A stretch of DNA of 64,000 bases from a virus. Lineage: Duplodnaviria > Caudoviricetes. The notes under the pieces were generated by a model. The model was not told where the DNA came from. It did not search any database and worked only from the letters and a program-made list of their open reading frames with translations. Below are positions 27,264-37,894 of the stretch, piece after piece. The translations under genes and the position numbers were made by a program. The stretch covers positions 1,448 through 65,447 of the IMG/VR virus record IMGVR_UViG_3300009553_000023; one strand, given 5' to 3'. Numbering within the stretch: the stretch's first letter is position 1; every line of letters starts with the position of its first letter.

Positions 27264-29914
27264 TGGCACTCCAGAACATCATCCTCGACCCATCTGAGGT
27301 CGCGATCGAAGGTCGCAAAGAACTTCCCCTTGAAGGCGGTGGAATCCGGATCTTCTACGAAGGCCTCGACTTCGGAGATCAGGAAGTCAAAGCGTTCATG
27401 GCTGAAGGGCGGTTCGGGTCGCGTCCCATCGATCACGACTGGCCGCAGCGGACGATCAAGATCCCGCTGGTCATACGGGCGTATGGGTCGGAAACCTTTG
27501 ATGACATCCGGGTGAAACTCCAAGCCTGGACCTCAGCAGTTGCCAATGACGGGGGCGGCTGGCTGAAGCGCATACTTCCGTCTGGGCGCCACATCTTCGC
27601 GGACATAGTCGAAGCGAAACTTCACCTTAGCTCGGACTGGACTGCCGAAAATCGAAAAGTCGACCGCAGTGCAATGCTGGAACTTCAGGCGCTTGCTGAC
27701 TTCTACGGGGATAAGAAAACGGGGCCCATACATGAATTTACTGGCGATGGCTCATGGACCGAACAAATCGAAGGCGACCTACCTGGACGAGTGGTTGATC
27801 TTGCCGTAGAAGACAAGTCAGGGAGTGACCAGTACGGGCTGATGTGGCATTTCCGCCGTGACGTGTCCAGTGAAGAAGAAGGTGCCTCTTGGGTTTTCGA
27901 CGCCGAGGATCTCATGCCGATGGATCAGGCGAGTATTGCCAATTTGTCCGGGGCTAGCCCCGCTGGCAGTTCGACCAACAACATCGTCGAACATAAAGCA
28001 CTAGGCACGGATTGGACTCCGATGCTGAGCTTGACTCGGTCTCCGAAAGTGCGAGCGGTCGGCGCCGCAGTGGCGGGCACAGGTGGGGTGACACCACCTC
28101 TCCCGACAGGGGTGCAGAAAGACGACATTCTCATCATGTACCTGGAGACCGAAAATCAAGCAGTCACGGCTCCAACTGGCTGGACGCAGGTCCACGCACC
28201 GAGCATCACCACCGGTACGCCAACGCGCCTCACGGTCCTATGGAAGCGCGCAGTCGCGGGCGAGGCGGCGCCGAACGTCCCCGACCCTGGCGACCACGTT
28301 ATCGCCCGGATCATCGCGGTCAGCGGGTGCATCAAAACGGGCAACCCCTGGAACGTCACCGGCCAGGGCACCGAGGAAACCTCGGACACCAGCGTCGAAT
28401 TCGTGAGCGTCACAACGACCGTCGACCAGTGCCTTGTGCTGCAGGCGGCCTCGACCGGCGTTGACGTTTCGAGCACCGCGCACGCTTCGGCTTGGGCCAA
28501 CTCCAACCTTCAGGCCGTCACCGAGCGGATGGACAACTGGACCGCGGAAGGCGCTGGGGGCGGCTTCGCGGTGGCATCTGGGCTCAAGATCAAGGCGGGC
28601 GCCATTGGAGCGACAACAGCTACCGTCGGTACTGCAGCCCCCAAGGCCCAATCGACGATCGCTCTACGTCCCGCAGAAGGCGGCAATGCTCTTGAACTCA
28701 CGGGCGTGTTCGATGTCTGGGCACGGGTGCGATCGACCAGCGGAAAATTGCCGTGGCTTCGCCTTCTTTCAGGCTTTGGTGACTTGGTCGGGATGGACGA
28801 ACTTCAGCAGCGCCGGATACCTGGACTCAGCGCTTTTTTCATGCTTTATCTCGGCCAAGTGTCCTATCCGGCGCCTTCCTTCGGCCCCCAGCGCGGACAG
28901 GGTGTGATTCAAGCGCGAGGTGAAGATGGCGGCGAGATGGCACAGGTCGACCGCCTGTACTTCCAGAGCGTAGGTGACTCCTGTGGGGTGCTTAGCGCGC
29001 AGATGAGCCCGAGGGTGGGCGTAACCGGCTTTGACGTACGCGATGAATTCGAAGGCGCCAAAGCTGTTCTGAACGAACGCTCAATCCCCGATGGTTCGGG
29101 GAAATGGGCGACAAGTGGGGCGACTGGCGATTTTGAAACCGATGGGGCGGGCTCTCTTATCCGGACCAAAACAGCAGATACGGCAAACCGAATCGCAACT
29201 CCGCCGGGAGGCCCTTATAAAGTCGTCGCTGCAAAACTCGAAGGCCTCGAATGGTCCGATGTACCCCACGAATCGGGGATTGGCACGGTCGACGGCGGTC
29301 TCCGCACGGGCCTTCATGCATTTGGCGCACATTTCTGCTTGGTTCACGAAGGCTTTGGTTCGGGGAAAGCCGGAGTTGCGCTAGACGAAGTCCAGTACAT
29401 CGAAGCATGGACTCACACGCAGCCCCTGACTCTTCAAGCCGGCAAACGTTACTCCTTCACCATGCTTGCGGTTGGCGGTCACTATGTAGCGCTGTGGATA
29501 GATATCGAAGGCGTACCGGTTAGCGCACCCCTCGTCGTGCCTATATCGACGGCTGAAGGCAAAATTGAACTCCTAGATGAGTATGATGGCTATTCGACAC
29601 CAGTGACCCGCAGATATGGGAGCTTTCGGCGATGGGTGCCTCCGCTTGACGCGGTGATCTACGCGAACCGCGACTGCCACCTCAGCGAGCGCGGGATGTT
29701 TAGGTCTACCAACGATGGCAGTGGTTATGGTGCGGTGAATAGACCAGGTGCCGACCTACCCCGTATTCCAGTGTCTGGGCCGAAAGAAGCTCCGGTTGAG
29801 ATTGCGCTTAAGACAAGTCGAGGTGACTTTAGCGAAGCACCTGACGGAGGCCTCGATAAATTCGCCGCGCAGCACACATACCAGCCTTGCTGGTCATCGG
29901 TGCCTACGAGCTAG
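27263..29914 (+). CDS. distal tail/minor tail protein with inserted beta-sandwich domains
   Basis: Directly follows TMP; Dit-like N-terminus (QRTIKIPL); Thr/Gly/Trp-rich central domain. Confidence 0.7.
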   Translation: MALQNIILDPSEVAIEGRKELPLEGGGIRIFYEGLDFGDQEVKAFMAEGRFGSRPIDHDWPQRTIKIPLVIRAYGSETFDDIRVKLQAWTSAVANDGGGWLKRILPSGRHIFADIVEAKLHLSSDWTAENRKVDRSAMLELQALADFYGDKKTGPIHEFTGDGSWTEQIEGDLPGRVVDLAVEDKSGSDQYGLMWHFRRDVSSEEEGASWVFDAEDLMPMDQASIANLSGASPAGSSTNNIVEHKALGTDWTPMLSLTRSPKVRAVGAAVAGTGGVTPPLPTGVQKDDILIMYLETENQAVTAPTGWTQVHAPSITTGTPTRLTVLWKRAVAGEAAPNVPDPGDHVIARIIAVSGCIKTGNPWNVTGQGTEETSDTSVEFVSVTTTVDQCLVLQAASTGVDVSSTAHASAWANSNLQAVTERMDNWTAEGAGGGFAVASGLKIKAGAIGATTATVGTAAPKAQSTIALRPAEGGNALELTGVFDVWARVRSTSGKLPWLRLLSGFGDLVGMDELQQRRIPGLSAFFMLYLGQVSYPAPSFGPQRGQGVIQARGEDGGEMAQVDRLYFQSVGDSCGVLSAQMSPRVGVTGFDVRDEFEGAKAVLNERSIPDGSGKWATSGATGDFETDGAGSLIRTKTADTANRIATPPGGPYKVVAAKLEGLEWSDVPHESGIGTVDGGLRTGLHAFGAHFCLVHEGFGSGKAGVALDEVQYIEAWTHTQPLTLQAGKRYSFTMLAVGGHYVALWIDIEGVPVSAPLVVPISTAEGKIELLDEYDGYSTPVTRRYGSFRRWVPPLDAVIYANRDCHLSERGMFRSTNDGSGYGAVNRPGADLPRIPVSGPKEAPVEIALKTSRGDFSEAPDGGLDKFAAQHTYQPCWSSVPTS

Positions 29915-29950
29915 CAGGGTGCCGTGGTGAAAAGCTGCGTAGCCTGGCTT

Positions 29951-30784
29951 TCAGGCTAAGGGTTTCTTGGGGCAGTTTACTTCAACGCGATGGAGGGCTC
30001 CGAGGATCTGACGCCGCATTCGATGGGGGATGGCATTGCGGCCTCGATGATGCCTGAGGAACCGAAATGCAATGGCTTCCCGCTGTTCGAGCAGATGTTC
30101 GCTCCCCCCACACCTTTGGAATGCGGTAGGTATAGCGATCCTGCCGTGGCGCTCGACCCATACTTCCTTCCAAAAGGTCTGGGCGCAGACTTCATTCCTA
30201 ATGGCTTCCGTGAAGCCTTCCAAGCACGATGCTTGGGGTTCGGAGCCTTCGACCCGCGATAGGTATATGAGATAGAGGCAGGGTGTTTCGAGCATCCCTG
30301 CGGGCCATAGCCTGTATCGAAGATGGAGATGCATAGTCAGCGGTTGCATGCCGTTGCCGTCGACCACCGGTTCACTCATCCAAGCAACATGCAGTGGCGG
30401 ATTATGTCGCTCGAACCGAGTGCCCCTGAGTTGGTCGAGATACCACGAAGTGGGGGTTTGTCGGTTCCAGAATTCCGTGATCGTCGGTAGCTTCCCGCAT
30501 GGACTCGGAAGAAGGCGAAGGTGGCCTGCACCGAAGACGACCTGAGGCGCTCGGGCCAACAGAGCAAAGCGCCCTCCGCATGGTGGCATTGTCCCTTTCT
30601 GACCGCCTAGAGGTACTTCGTATTCCCACGCAGTCTGCTCATCCGCGTTTTCGCATTCATTTGGTTCGGCGAGCGCTTTCACAATCACGTCGCCACCACG
30701 GGATGCGACTGCTTCGGTAATACCGGCGCTCGCCGGGGTCGCACCGATGAGGAGCATGGTGATCGCGAGGAGAACCCATTTCAC
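29951..30784 (-). CDS. secreted Cys-containing protein (moron)
   Basis: Signal peptide MKWVLLAITMLLIGATPASA; opposite strand within tail module. Confidence 0.65.
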   Translation of the reverse strand: MKWVLLAITMLLIGATPASAGITEAVASRGGDVIVKALAEPNECENADEQTAWEYEVPLGGQKGTMPPCGGRFALLARAPQVVFGAGHLRLLPSPCGKLPTITEFWNRQTPTSWYLDQLRGTRFERHNPPLHVAWMSEPVVDGNGMQPLTMHLHLRYRLWPAGMLETPCLYLIYLSRVEGSEPQASCLEGFTEAIRNEVCAQTFWKEVWVERHGRIAIPTAFQRCGGSEHLLEQREAIAFRFLRHHRGRNAIPHRMRRQILGALHRVEVNCPKKPLA

Positions 30785-30839
30785 GGCCGCAAAACCCTAG
30801 CGCGTACCGAAACGCCCGGCAACATCGGAGGGTCGTCCA

Positions 30840-32558
30840 GTGCCTGAAATCAACCGTATCCGGGTCAATGAGCGGCCGCCTATGCGCCAATACCTCCTTG
30901 CCACGACGCCGGGCGGCCGGACCATCCGCTGGGGCGAGGATGAGGCCTCGCCGGAGAACATCTTCGAAGATCTCGAGTACTCCTCCACTGCCCCAGGAGG
31001 TCCCAAGGAGCTGAGCTGCAAGCTCCCGCGCAAGGCGGGCGTCGACTACTCGGATATGAAGATGGGCACGCGGATCGAGGTCTTCGGTGCTGGACAACGC
31101 AAGCTCGCCGAATACCGGCTGGAGCGCACCCCGCGAACCTCGGGCGACTATCTAGTCATCGAGCCGGCGGCAGTGGGCTACCAGGCGCTTCTCACCGACC
31201 AAGAGGAAGTGCTGGAGATCTTGATCGACTCCGATGTCAGCGGGTGGACCGACGTGTCGGCGCAACACAGGTCAGACGCGGTGAAATCCGGCTATCCGAT
31301 CGTGGCCTCCGCATCAACGGGGTTTGGAGACAAAGGTGAAGTGCCCGCGAGCATCGTTTTCGACTTCACGAACGTCTCCATGGAAGAAGGCCGCAACGAG
31401 AATGCTGAGTACTCCTACTACGGCGGTGGAGTGGACATCGGCCCGATCCTCTCGGGGTTCCAAGTTCTCACTGGCTCGAAAGCAAATGCTTCATGGAACG
31501 ATATTTTGCGTGCGTCAACCGATGACGTCCTCAGCAAATACGTAGATGGCACCGACCTCAACGCGACGAGCCTATCGGCGGGTGCGTTCACTGAACTGAA
31601 TCCCCCTGAACCAGGCTACAAGTACGCCTTTGTGCTCAGCACATGGACTGGCACTGGTAGCGGAGTAAACATGTCCGACATGCGGGCCTGGACGACCCCG
31701 AAGGTCTTGGGTCGCCATGGCCTGCCTCTGTATGGAACGTGGCCTGAAATAGGAGTCCTTGCCTCTGATGTCATCGCCTACCTGCTTGCCAAGTATGTCC
31801 CCGGTCTCCAATACACGACTGGGGCCTATGGGTCGATCAAGCCGTCGTCCTTCGTTATCCCCCACCTGGCCTTCAAAGACCAGCCGGTGACCGTGCAGGA
31901 AATGATCACCCAGGCCGTCCGCTTTGAGCTGCTCGAATGGGGCGTATGGCCGGGGCAGTTCGGCCCCACCTTCTGTCTCAACCCCCGCGGCCAACGGGAA
32001 GGCCGGAAGCGTTGGCGGACGCGGATTAGGCCAGCGAAGTTCGAAGAAACCGGCCAGCAGATGGATCAAGTCTGGAATCGCGTTGTCGTCTCCTACAACG
32101 ATGTCGATGGCACCTCACGGGTGCTCGGTCCTCCCGGCTCGGGCTTCAGGGCGACCGACCCTCGCTGTGAAGACACAGACCCCTTGAACCCGATCAACGA
32201 AACGGGCGAAGCACGCACCAAGCACATCGCACTCAACGAGCCCCACACCCAAGAAGGAGCGGCAGAAGTAGCGCAGCGGTTCCTCGAACAGGCCAAGCTT
32301 CTGGATGGCTCTGGGCAAATGACCCTCACGGGCTTTGTAGAAGACGAGCACGGCATCGAATGGCCCTATTACTGCGTCGAAGCAGGGGACGAAATCGAAC
32401 CGCTGGATGCCTCGATAAAGGGCTATCGCTACATCGTTGAAGCGAACCGATCGCGGTCGTCGCGGTCGTCTCGAATCAGCATCGACGCGCCGCCCGATGG
32501 CTATGCGGAGATGCTTGAACGCCTAGGTGCCCGTGAGGCCGCCGGTGGCTTCTCTTGA
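30840..32558 (+). CDS. minor tail protein (hub/Tal-like)
   Basis: 572 aa; STAPGG, VWNRVVVSY and AGDEI motifs; synteny. Confidence 0.7.
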   Translation: MPEINRIRVNERPPMRQYLLATTPGGRTIRWGEDEASPENIFEDLEYSSTAPGGPKELSCKLPRKAGVDYSDMKMGTRIEVFGAGQRKLAEYRLERTPRTSGDYLVIEPAAVGYQALLTDQEEVLEILIDSDVSGWTDVSAQHRSDAVKSGYPIVASASTGFGDKGEVPASIVFDFTNVSMEEGRNENAEYSYYGGGVDIGPILSGFQVLTGSKANASWNDILRASTDDVLSKYVDGTDLNATSLSAGAFTELNPPEPGYKYAFVLSTWTGTGSGVNMSDMRAWTTPKVLGRHGLPLYGTWPEIGVLASDVIAYLLAKYVPGLQYTTGAYGSIKPSSFVIPHLAFKDQPVTVQEMITQAVRFELLEWGVWPGQFGPTFCLNPRGQREGRKRWRTRIRPAKFEETGQQMDQVWNRVVVSYNDVDGTSRVLGPPGSGFRATDPRCEDTDPLNPINETGEARTKHIALNEPHTQEGAAEVAQRFLEQAKLLDGSGQMTLTGFVEDEHGIEWPYYCVEAGDEIEPLDASIKGYRYIVEANRSRSSRSSRISIDAPPDGYAEMLERLGAREAAGGFS

Positions 32559-32581
32559 CCCCAACTCCAAAGTGAGGACCG

Positions 32582-32881
32582 TTGACCCCTGACGATCGAG
32601 AGTTCGGAATCCTCATCGGCAAGGTCGACGCGCTCACCGAGCAGGTCGCCGAATTGCGCCGGACAAACTCTGCCGAGCACGCTGCCAACGGGGAACGCCT
32701 TGAGCGGCTAGAGGCCTCCCTACGCGAACCGCTGAAGGACCATGAGCAGCGGATCGATTCGCTGGAGACCACCAGGGACGAAGGCAAAGGAGCCGCGAGG
32801 CTCGTGAAGGTCGGCCAGGGGGCCTTCGCCCTCGCCCTCGTGTTCTTGACCTACCTAGCCACGAAGGGCGGTGTGGGATGA
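32582..32881 (+). CDS. coiled-coil membrane protein (holin-associated)
   Basis: Coiled coil plus C-terminal TM; start of lysis cassette. Confidence 0.6.
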   Translation: MTPDDREFGILIGKVDALTEQVAELRRTNSAEHAANGERLERLEASLREPLKDHEQRIDSLETTRDEGKGAARLVKVGQGAFALALVFLTYLATKGGVG

Positions 32882-33444
32882 GGAATGCATTCCAACGACA
32901 GCTAGCAGCGCTGGGGTGGAGGGCGGCAGGCTTTGCGGGCGCTGCTTTTGTCGTTCTGGTCGGCGCGTTCCTCTGGGGCTCCGGTATCGAAAGCCGGGTG
33001 AGCCGTGCCGAGCGGGACCATCATCGCGACCACCGCCTCATCGTCCGGCTGGCGCAGGGTAAGCCGCTTCACCCGCATCACCGTGACATCAAAATCTCAT
33101 CCAAGGAAGTCCAAAACTTGGAACAGCAGGCAGGTGAAGAGGTAGCTACGGAAGCTCCAAACCACGGCGAGCACCACGCCGGTCAGCAGGAAGTGCGAGG
33201 CCACGAACCCAAAGCGCCGCACCCGCAGCACTCGAAGCTGCCGAGCGCTCCGAAACAGAAGCCGACCAAATCGACGCCGCCGGCACCCGTGGCGTTTGAA
33301 TCGACCACGAGTTCGAGCCCACCACTCGAAGAGGCTGGCAACTCCGGTGAGACACCCGCGGCAGAAAACAGCGATGGCCTCAAAGCTTGCGTGAACGTCG
33401 CAGTAAGTGCCTGCCTGAACGCAGGACTTACCGAAGCACCCTGA
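32878..33444 (+). CDS. membrane-anchored His/Pro-rich protein
   Basis: N-terminal TM; ATGA overlap. Confidence 0.55.
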   Translation: MRNAFQRQLAALGWRAAGFAGAAFVVLVGAFLWGSGIESRVSRAERDHHRDHRLIVRLAQGKPLHPHHRDIKISSKEVQNLEQQAGEEVATEAPNHGEHHAGQQEVRGHEPKAPHPQHSKLPSAPKQKPTKSTPPAPVAFESTTSSSPPLEEAGNSGETPAAENSDGLKACVNVAVSACLNAGLTEAP

Positions 33445-33495
33445 ATCCTCTCGCCGCCTGAGCGGCATCTATATCTATGAAGGGAGGGCCGCTCT

Positions 33496-34095
33496 GTGGC
33501 CCATCACCATTACCGCGACCCGCGGCTCAACCGTCTGCGGTTACGCATCCACGCCAACCGCGAGGGCCGTGCCCGTGGCTACAAGCGACGGATCGCCTAC
33601 CTGCAGCTTCGAATCGGGAAGGTGGTCGAGCGCCGGCACGGCCTGAGCCACATCGTCATCCTCGATGGCGCTCCATGCGCGCTCGGGCAGAAGCTGTTTT
33701 TGCTCGACTGCAGGCGCCACGGTGGCTGGCAAGGAGTTCTGGTCTCTGGCGACCGCCGCGAAAATTCGCGCACGCGGCGCCTCCTGCATCGGCTCGGCCT
33801 ACACACGCAGACGGAGCTGATCGCGCTCGGCTACCCGGCGAACCCGATCACCCTCTCCTCGCACTGCGGCTACTCGGATGGGGTCAGCGAGCCTTCCGTT
33901 GGGCGGGAAAAGCGCTTCTCCCATGACGAGCTCTGGATGCTCGGCATGGATGTCACGCTTTGGGATGCCCTGCTGGTCGCTGCTCGACGCCTGCGCTATT
34001 CGCTTGTGCAGCCCTACCCGGCTAGCAACGAGGAACATCACGTCAACCTTAGGAAGGATCCTAAGCACCGTCTCATTGAGCGGGGGCTGGTGTGA
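33496..34095 (+). CDS. putative M15-like Zn peptidase (endolysin candidate)
   Basis: SSH...GMDV...EEHH resembles the M15 SxH..D..ExxH set; AAGGGAGG RBS. Confidence 0.5.
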   Translation: MAHHHYRDPRLNRLRLRIHANREGRARGYKRRIAYLQLRIGKVVERRHGLSHIVILDGAPCALGQKLFLLDCRRHGGWQGVLVSGDRRENSRTRRLLHRLGLHTQTELIALGYPANPITLSSHCGYSDGVSEPSVGREKRFSHDELWMLGMDVTLWDALLVAARRLRYSLVQPYPASNEEHHVNLRKDPKHRLIERGLV

Positions 34096-34589
34096 AGCGG
34101 CGTTGGTCGATCCTTTGGGCGGCTCGCTTTATCGCTCGTTGGGAGGGTTTCCTCGGATATGCCTACTGGGACAGCCTCGGTGGCGTGTGGACGATCGGCT
34201 ACGGTCACACGCCTGCGCAGCCCGGAGAACGTTGGAGCCGAGCGAAGGCGCTGCGCGTCCTTGGCGGCGACTGTCGCTCTGCGGCGCACGCCGTTGACAA
34301 ACTCGTCAAGCACCGGCTGACGGTTCGCCAGCGGATCGCGCTCATCAGCTTCATCTTCAACCTTGGTCCTGGGGTCCTGCCTCACTCGGATCTGCTCAAG
34401 GCATTGAACCGGGGCGAATTCCATCGTGCTGCTCGAGAGCTACTCGACTACGACCACGCAGGTGGGCAGCGTGTGCTCGGTTTGACGCGACGCCGGAGAT
34501 CAGAGGCCTGGCTGCTCACTCACCCGCGGAAGCGGCCGCCCGAGAGACCGACGCCGACGCACCACAAGGCGCATCGCCGCGCTCGTTGA
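34092..34589 (+). CDS. GH24 lysozyme (endolysin)
   Basis: WEG...AYWDSLGGVWTIGYGHT, ALISFIFNLG, GLTRRRRSE. Confidence 0.92.
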   Translation: MKRRWSILWAARFIARWEGFLGYAYWDSLGGVWTIGYGHTPAQPGERWSRAKALRVLGGDCRSAAHAVDKLVKHRLTVRQRIALISFIFNLGPGVLPHSDLLKALNRGEFHRAARELLDYDHAGGQRVLGLTRRRRSEAWLLTHPRKRPPERPTPTHHKAHRRAR

Positions 34590-34637
34590 TCTCGGTCTCG
34601 TCACCGACCGAACCCTCCGGCTCGAAAGGAGCTTTCA

Positions 34638-35411
34638 TTGAAGCTTGGAAAGAAGCCATTCGTCTCCGACGAGCGTGACCTGAAGCTCGCCAACTACTAC
34701 GACCACACGGAGAGTCCGCGGTTGCCGACCGCGCATGGACACGCCGATCTGGTCAAAGAGTGGGGGATGCTCGGCAACGACGAGGTTGGCGACTGCGTGC
34801 TCGCCGGCGCCGCGCATGAGACGCTACTTCTGGGCGCTGAGGGTGGCCACCATCCTGCCTTTACTGACGAGACGGTCCTCGGCGACTACTCGGCTCTGAC
34901 CGGCTATGTGTCTGGCGACCCATCGACCGACCAGGGAACCGACGTCCGAGATGCCGCCCGCTACCGCAAGCACACGGGGATCGAGGATGCGGACGGGCGC
35001 CGGCACCGCATCGGCGCCTACGTTTGGCTTGAGCCTGGCAACGTCAACCAACTGCTCCACGCCCTCTACGTCTTCGGGACCGTCGGCGTCGGATATGAAC
35101 TTCCGCGATCCGCCGAGGAGCAGTTCGCTGAGGCGAAGCCTTGGACTGTGGTCGATGACTCACCGATCGCCGGCGGCCACTACGTGCCCGCTGTTGGCTA
35201 CGAACCCGGCGAATACACCGATCAGGGAGTCAACACTTTCATCGGGTCGGTGACCTGGGGGAGGGTCGTCTCGATTACTTCCGAGTTCTACGAGAAGTAC
35301 TGCACCGAGGCCCTTGTCTATGTGAGCGCATCAGCGCTCGGCCCTGACGGCAAGACCCCGGAGGGACTCGACAAGGCCGCTCTGCTCGCCGATCTCAAAG
35401 CGCTCGCCTGA
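34638..35411 (+). CDS. papain-like cysteine peptidase
   Basis: MLGNDEVGDCV (Cys), GGHYVPAVGY (His), TWG. Confidence 0.7.
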   Translation: MKLGKKPFVSDERDLKLANYYDHTESPRLPTAHGHADLVKEWGMLGNDEVGDCVLAGAAHETLLLGAEGGHHPAFTDETVLGDYSALTGYVSGDPSTDQGTDVRDAARYRKHTGIEDADGRRHRIGAYVWLEPGNVNQLLHALYVFGTVGVGYELPRSAEEQFAEAKPWTVVDDSPIAGGHYVPAVGYEPGEYTDQGVNTFIGSVTWGRVVSITSEFYEKYCTEALVYVSASALGPDGKTPEGLDKAALLADLKALA

Positions 35412-35466
35412 GCGCGCAATTCATCCCGCTCGCGGTTTTGGCGAGCTACAGAAAGGAAGGCATCGA

Positions 35467-35700
35467 ATGCCGCTCATTACCGTTCCGGCCAGCCGGAAGG
35501 TCGTCGCTACGTTCGTGGTTGCTGGCGTCCTCGCCCTGCTCCGAACCGTTGGAGTCATCGAACCGCCCGCCGATCTCACTGCATGGATCATCGCCGGCGC
35601 CGGCCTCTTCGCGGGAGCAGCCGTTGGAGAGGGCTCCAAGTACGTGAACTTCTTCCTTGAAGCCCGCAAGCTGCCGTTCCGCGTCGAGGACGAGGCGTAG
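35467..35700 (+). CDS. putative holin
   Basis: 77 aa, two TM segments, charged C-terminus; GAAAGGAAGG RBS. Confidence 0.65.
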   Translation: MPLITVPASRKVVATFVVAGVLALLRTVGVIEPPADLTAWIIAGAGLFAGAAVGEGSKYVNFFLEARKLPFRVEDEA

Positions 35701-35701
35701 G

Positions 35702-37117
35702 GTGCTTCGTCGGGCCCTTCTCCTCGCTGCTGCGGTCTTTGTCCTTCTCGGGGCGACGGCTGCAGCAGCGACTTCGACCGACCAGAAGCAGAACGAACGG
35801 ATCACCGCCCTGGTGACCCGAGTCAACGGTCTCGAAGCACGGATCGTCTTGCTCGAAAACCGGGCTGCGGTTCCCGGTCCAGCCGGCCCGCAAGGTCCCC
35901 CAGGGCCACAAGGCCCAACTGGTCCCGAAGGGCCGGCAGGTCCTCCCGGACCAGAAGGCCCAGTCGGTCCGCAAGGACCGCAAGGTCCGCAGGGCATTCC
36001 CGGACCTCCGGGCGAATCGATCATCGAACCACCTCCGGTCTTCCCGCTCGAAGAACCGCAGCCTGAACCCGAACAGGAAAAACCGGCTGCGGGGTGCAGC
36101 TCGACCGTCTCCTCTGGATCTGCGGCAGAAGCAGCAGTGACGTCGGCCTCGAGCGGATCGGTGATCTGCCTGGCCGATGGCTCCTACGGCGGCCTCACCC
36201 TGAAAGCGTCCAAGCCGGTGGCGCTCCAAGCCGCCCATCCCGGCGCGGCGACGATCGGCGCCACCACCCTCGAAGGCACCGATCTCACCCTGGCCCGCTT
36301 CAAGGTCAACGGCGAAGTCAGTGTCAAGCCCGGGTCGAAGCGGATCTCGATCGAGCACAACCGAATCACGGGCGGCTACATGGGAGTCAACGCTTGCCCT
36401 TCGACCACCACGACCTGCGACGACGAGAGGATCGTCGGCAACCAGTTCGTCGGCCCGTTCGGTGAGGACGCGATCAGGGCCAACCGCTACCACGACGGCA
36501 ACGGAGACGGGGTGGGTCTGCTCGTAGAAGGCAACGAGTTCACCCAGATCCGCGAGAACGGGAACCACTCGGATTGCCTACAGACGGTTTGGCCGGGCGA
36601 TCACCTGGTCTACCGCCGCAACTACCTGCACGACAACCGCTGCCAGGGGTTCTTCATCAAGGACCAGAACCTCGCAGGCCCTGAAGCCAAGGTGGAAGGC
36701 ATCCGCTTCGAAGACAACCTGTTCCTACGAAACCACGAACCGTGCGGCGCCCCGGCGACCAGCTGCGGCCAGCCCATCTACGTGCACATCTTCGGCCCCT
36801 ACTCGGGCCTGAAGGTCTCCCACAACACGGTCTGGGGCGACGGGTCGGACTCGATCCTTGCCCTGCGTGAAGGGATCGCCTCGGACACGGTGATCGACTC
36901 GAACGCGATCTACCGGTTCTGGACCGACTCCAATGCATCGGGAGCGACGTTCACGAACAACACGCTGTGCACGATCGAAGGCACCTGGCCCTCGTCTCGG
37001 CCGGGCACGACCACCGAATGCAAACCGTCGTTCCGGGGTACGGCTGCTGACGACTACCGGCTTGCTTCTGGGCGTGGGGTGGACTGGGCACCGGCTGAAG
37101 TGCACTTCGGGCCGTGA
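35702..37117 (+). CDS. secreted collagen-stalked right-handed beta-helix protein
   Basis: Signal peptide [23 protein letters not shown], short coiled coil, 16 Gly-X-Y triplets, ICLADGSYG and HSDCLQ beta-helix. Confidence 0.8.
   Translation: MLRRALLLAAAVFVLLGATAAAATSTDQKQNERITALVTRVNGLEARIVLLENRAAVPGPAGPQGPPGPQGPTGPEGPAGPPGPEGPVGPQGPQGPQGIPGPPGESIIEPPPVFPLEEPQPEPEQEKPAAGCSSTVSSGSAAEAAVTSASSGSVICLADGSYGGLTLKASKPVALQAAHPGAATIGATTLEGTDLTLARFKVNGEVSVKPGSKRISIEHNRITGGYMGVNACPSTTTTCDDERIVGNQFVGPFGEDAIRANRYHDGNGDGVGLLVEGNEFTQIRENGNHSDCLQTVWPGDHLVYRRNYLHDNRCQGFFIKDQNLAGPEAKVEGIRFEDNLFLRNHEPCGAPATSCGQPIYVHIFGPYSGLKVSHNTVWGDGSDSILALREGIASDTVIDSNAIYRFWTDSNASGATFTNNTLCTIEGTWPSSRPGTTTECKPSFRGTAADDYRLASGRGVDWAPAEVHFGP
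35876..36019 (+). repeat. collagen-like (Gly-X-Y)16 coding repeat
   Basis: [12 protein letters not shown]...GPPGES. Confidence 0.9.
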
Positions 37118-37491
37118 GCCTCGAGCGGGCCACGCTCTCCATCCCCGGCACCCCCAAGTCCTTCAACCAGATCGGCTACCGATCGCACTGGGCGATTGGT
37201 CAGCGAGAGAAGCAGACATGGCAGGGCTGGCTCGCTGTGGCGATGATGGAGCAGAAGGTTCCCCGCCGGATGAAGCAGGTGACGGCCACGGCGACCCTGC
37301 GGTTCAAGCAGCGTCGGCGGAGGGACTCCGGGAACTTTCGCGTCGTCCTCGAGAAGGCGCTTGGCGACGCCTTGGTCGAAGGCGGATGGCTTCCCGACGA
37401 CACATCGGACCTCTACCTCTTCGGAGCGGTCGAGCTACTCGCCCCAGTGCAGAGACCGGAGACGATTGTGGTCTTGGACTACGAGCGGTAA
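37114..37491 (+). CDS. RusA-like endonuclease
   Basis: RRRDSGN...[16 protein letters not shown] RusA motif. Confidence 0.8.
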   Translation: MSLERATLSIPGTPKSFNQIGYRSHWAIGQREKQTWQGWLAVAMMEQKVPRRMKQVTATATLRFKQRRRRDSGNFRVVLEKALGDALVEGGWLPDDTSDLYLFGAVELLAPVQRPETIVVLDYER

Positions 37492-37682
37492 AGACGAAGC
37501 GAGTTTGCAGTAAGAGCGGCGGCATCTTCCTGCTGGAGCCGTCGGCCGCTCGCGGCGGCTTCTCGGATGAACCGAAGCTGCCTTTCGGTTGGCCGGAAGT
37601 CCCGGCCGTCCTCTAGTTTCAGGCTCTCGGTCAAGAACTCCTCGCCGCTTACCGGCTTGTCTGGGATGGGGCCGTGAGCCAT
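37479..37682 (-). CDS. small hypothetical protein
   Basis: TGATG-coupled to 37682..37894. Confidence 0.45.
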   Translation of the reverse strand: MAHGPIPDKPVSGEEFLTESLKLEDGRDFRPTERQLRFIREAAASGRRLQQEDAAALTANSLRLYRS

Positions 37683-37894
37683 CAGTTGAGCCCCATCTTC
37701 CAAAGCATCTCGCGCGTCTCGACAAACTGGGCGTCGGGAGAGCGGTCAAGATTGGCGCCGGGGTAGGCGCGCTCGTAGTAGCGGATCTCTGCAAGCTCTT
37801 GTTCGCCGCGTTCAACTCGACCTTTCGGCTCGGGAGCAGCACCAAGGACGTGCGGCGGAACTTTGAGGCCGTCTATGTGGAGGACCGTGGGCAT
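37682..37894 (-). CDS. small hypothetical protein
   Basis: MPTVLHIDGLKVPP; TGATG coupling. Confidence 0.45.
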   Translation of the reverse strand: MPTVLHIDGLKVPPHVLGAAPEPKGRVERGEQELAEIRYYERAYPGANLDRSPDAQFVETREMLWKMGLN

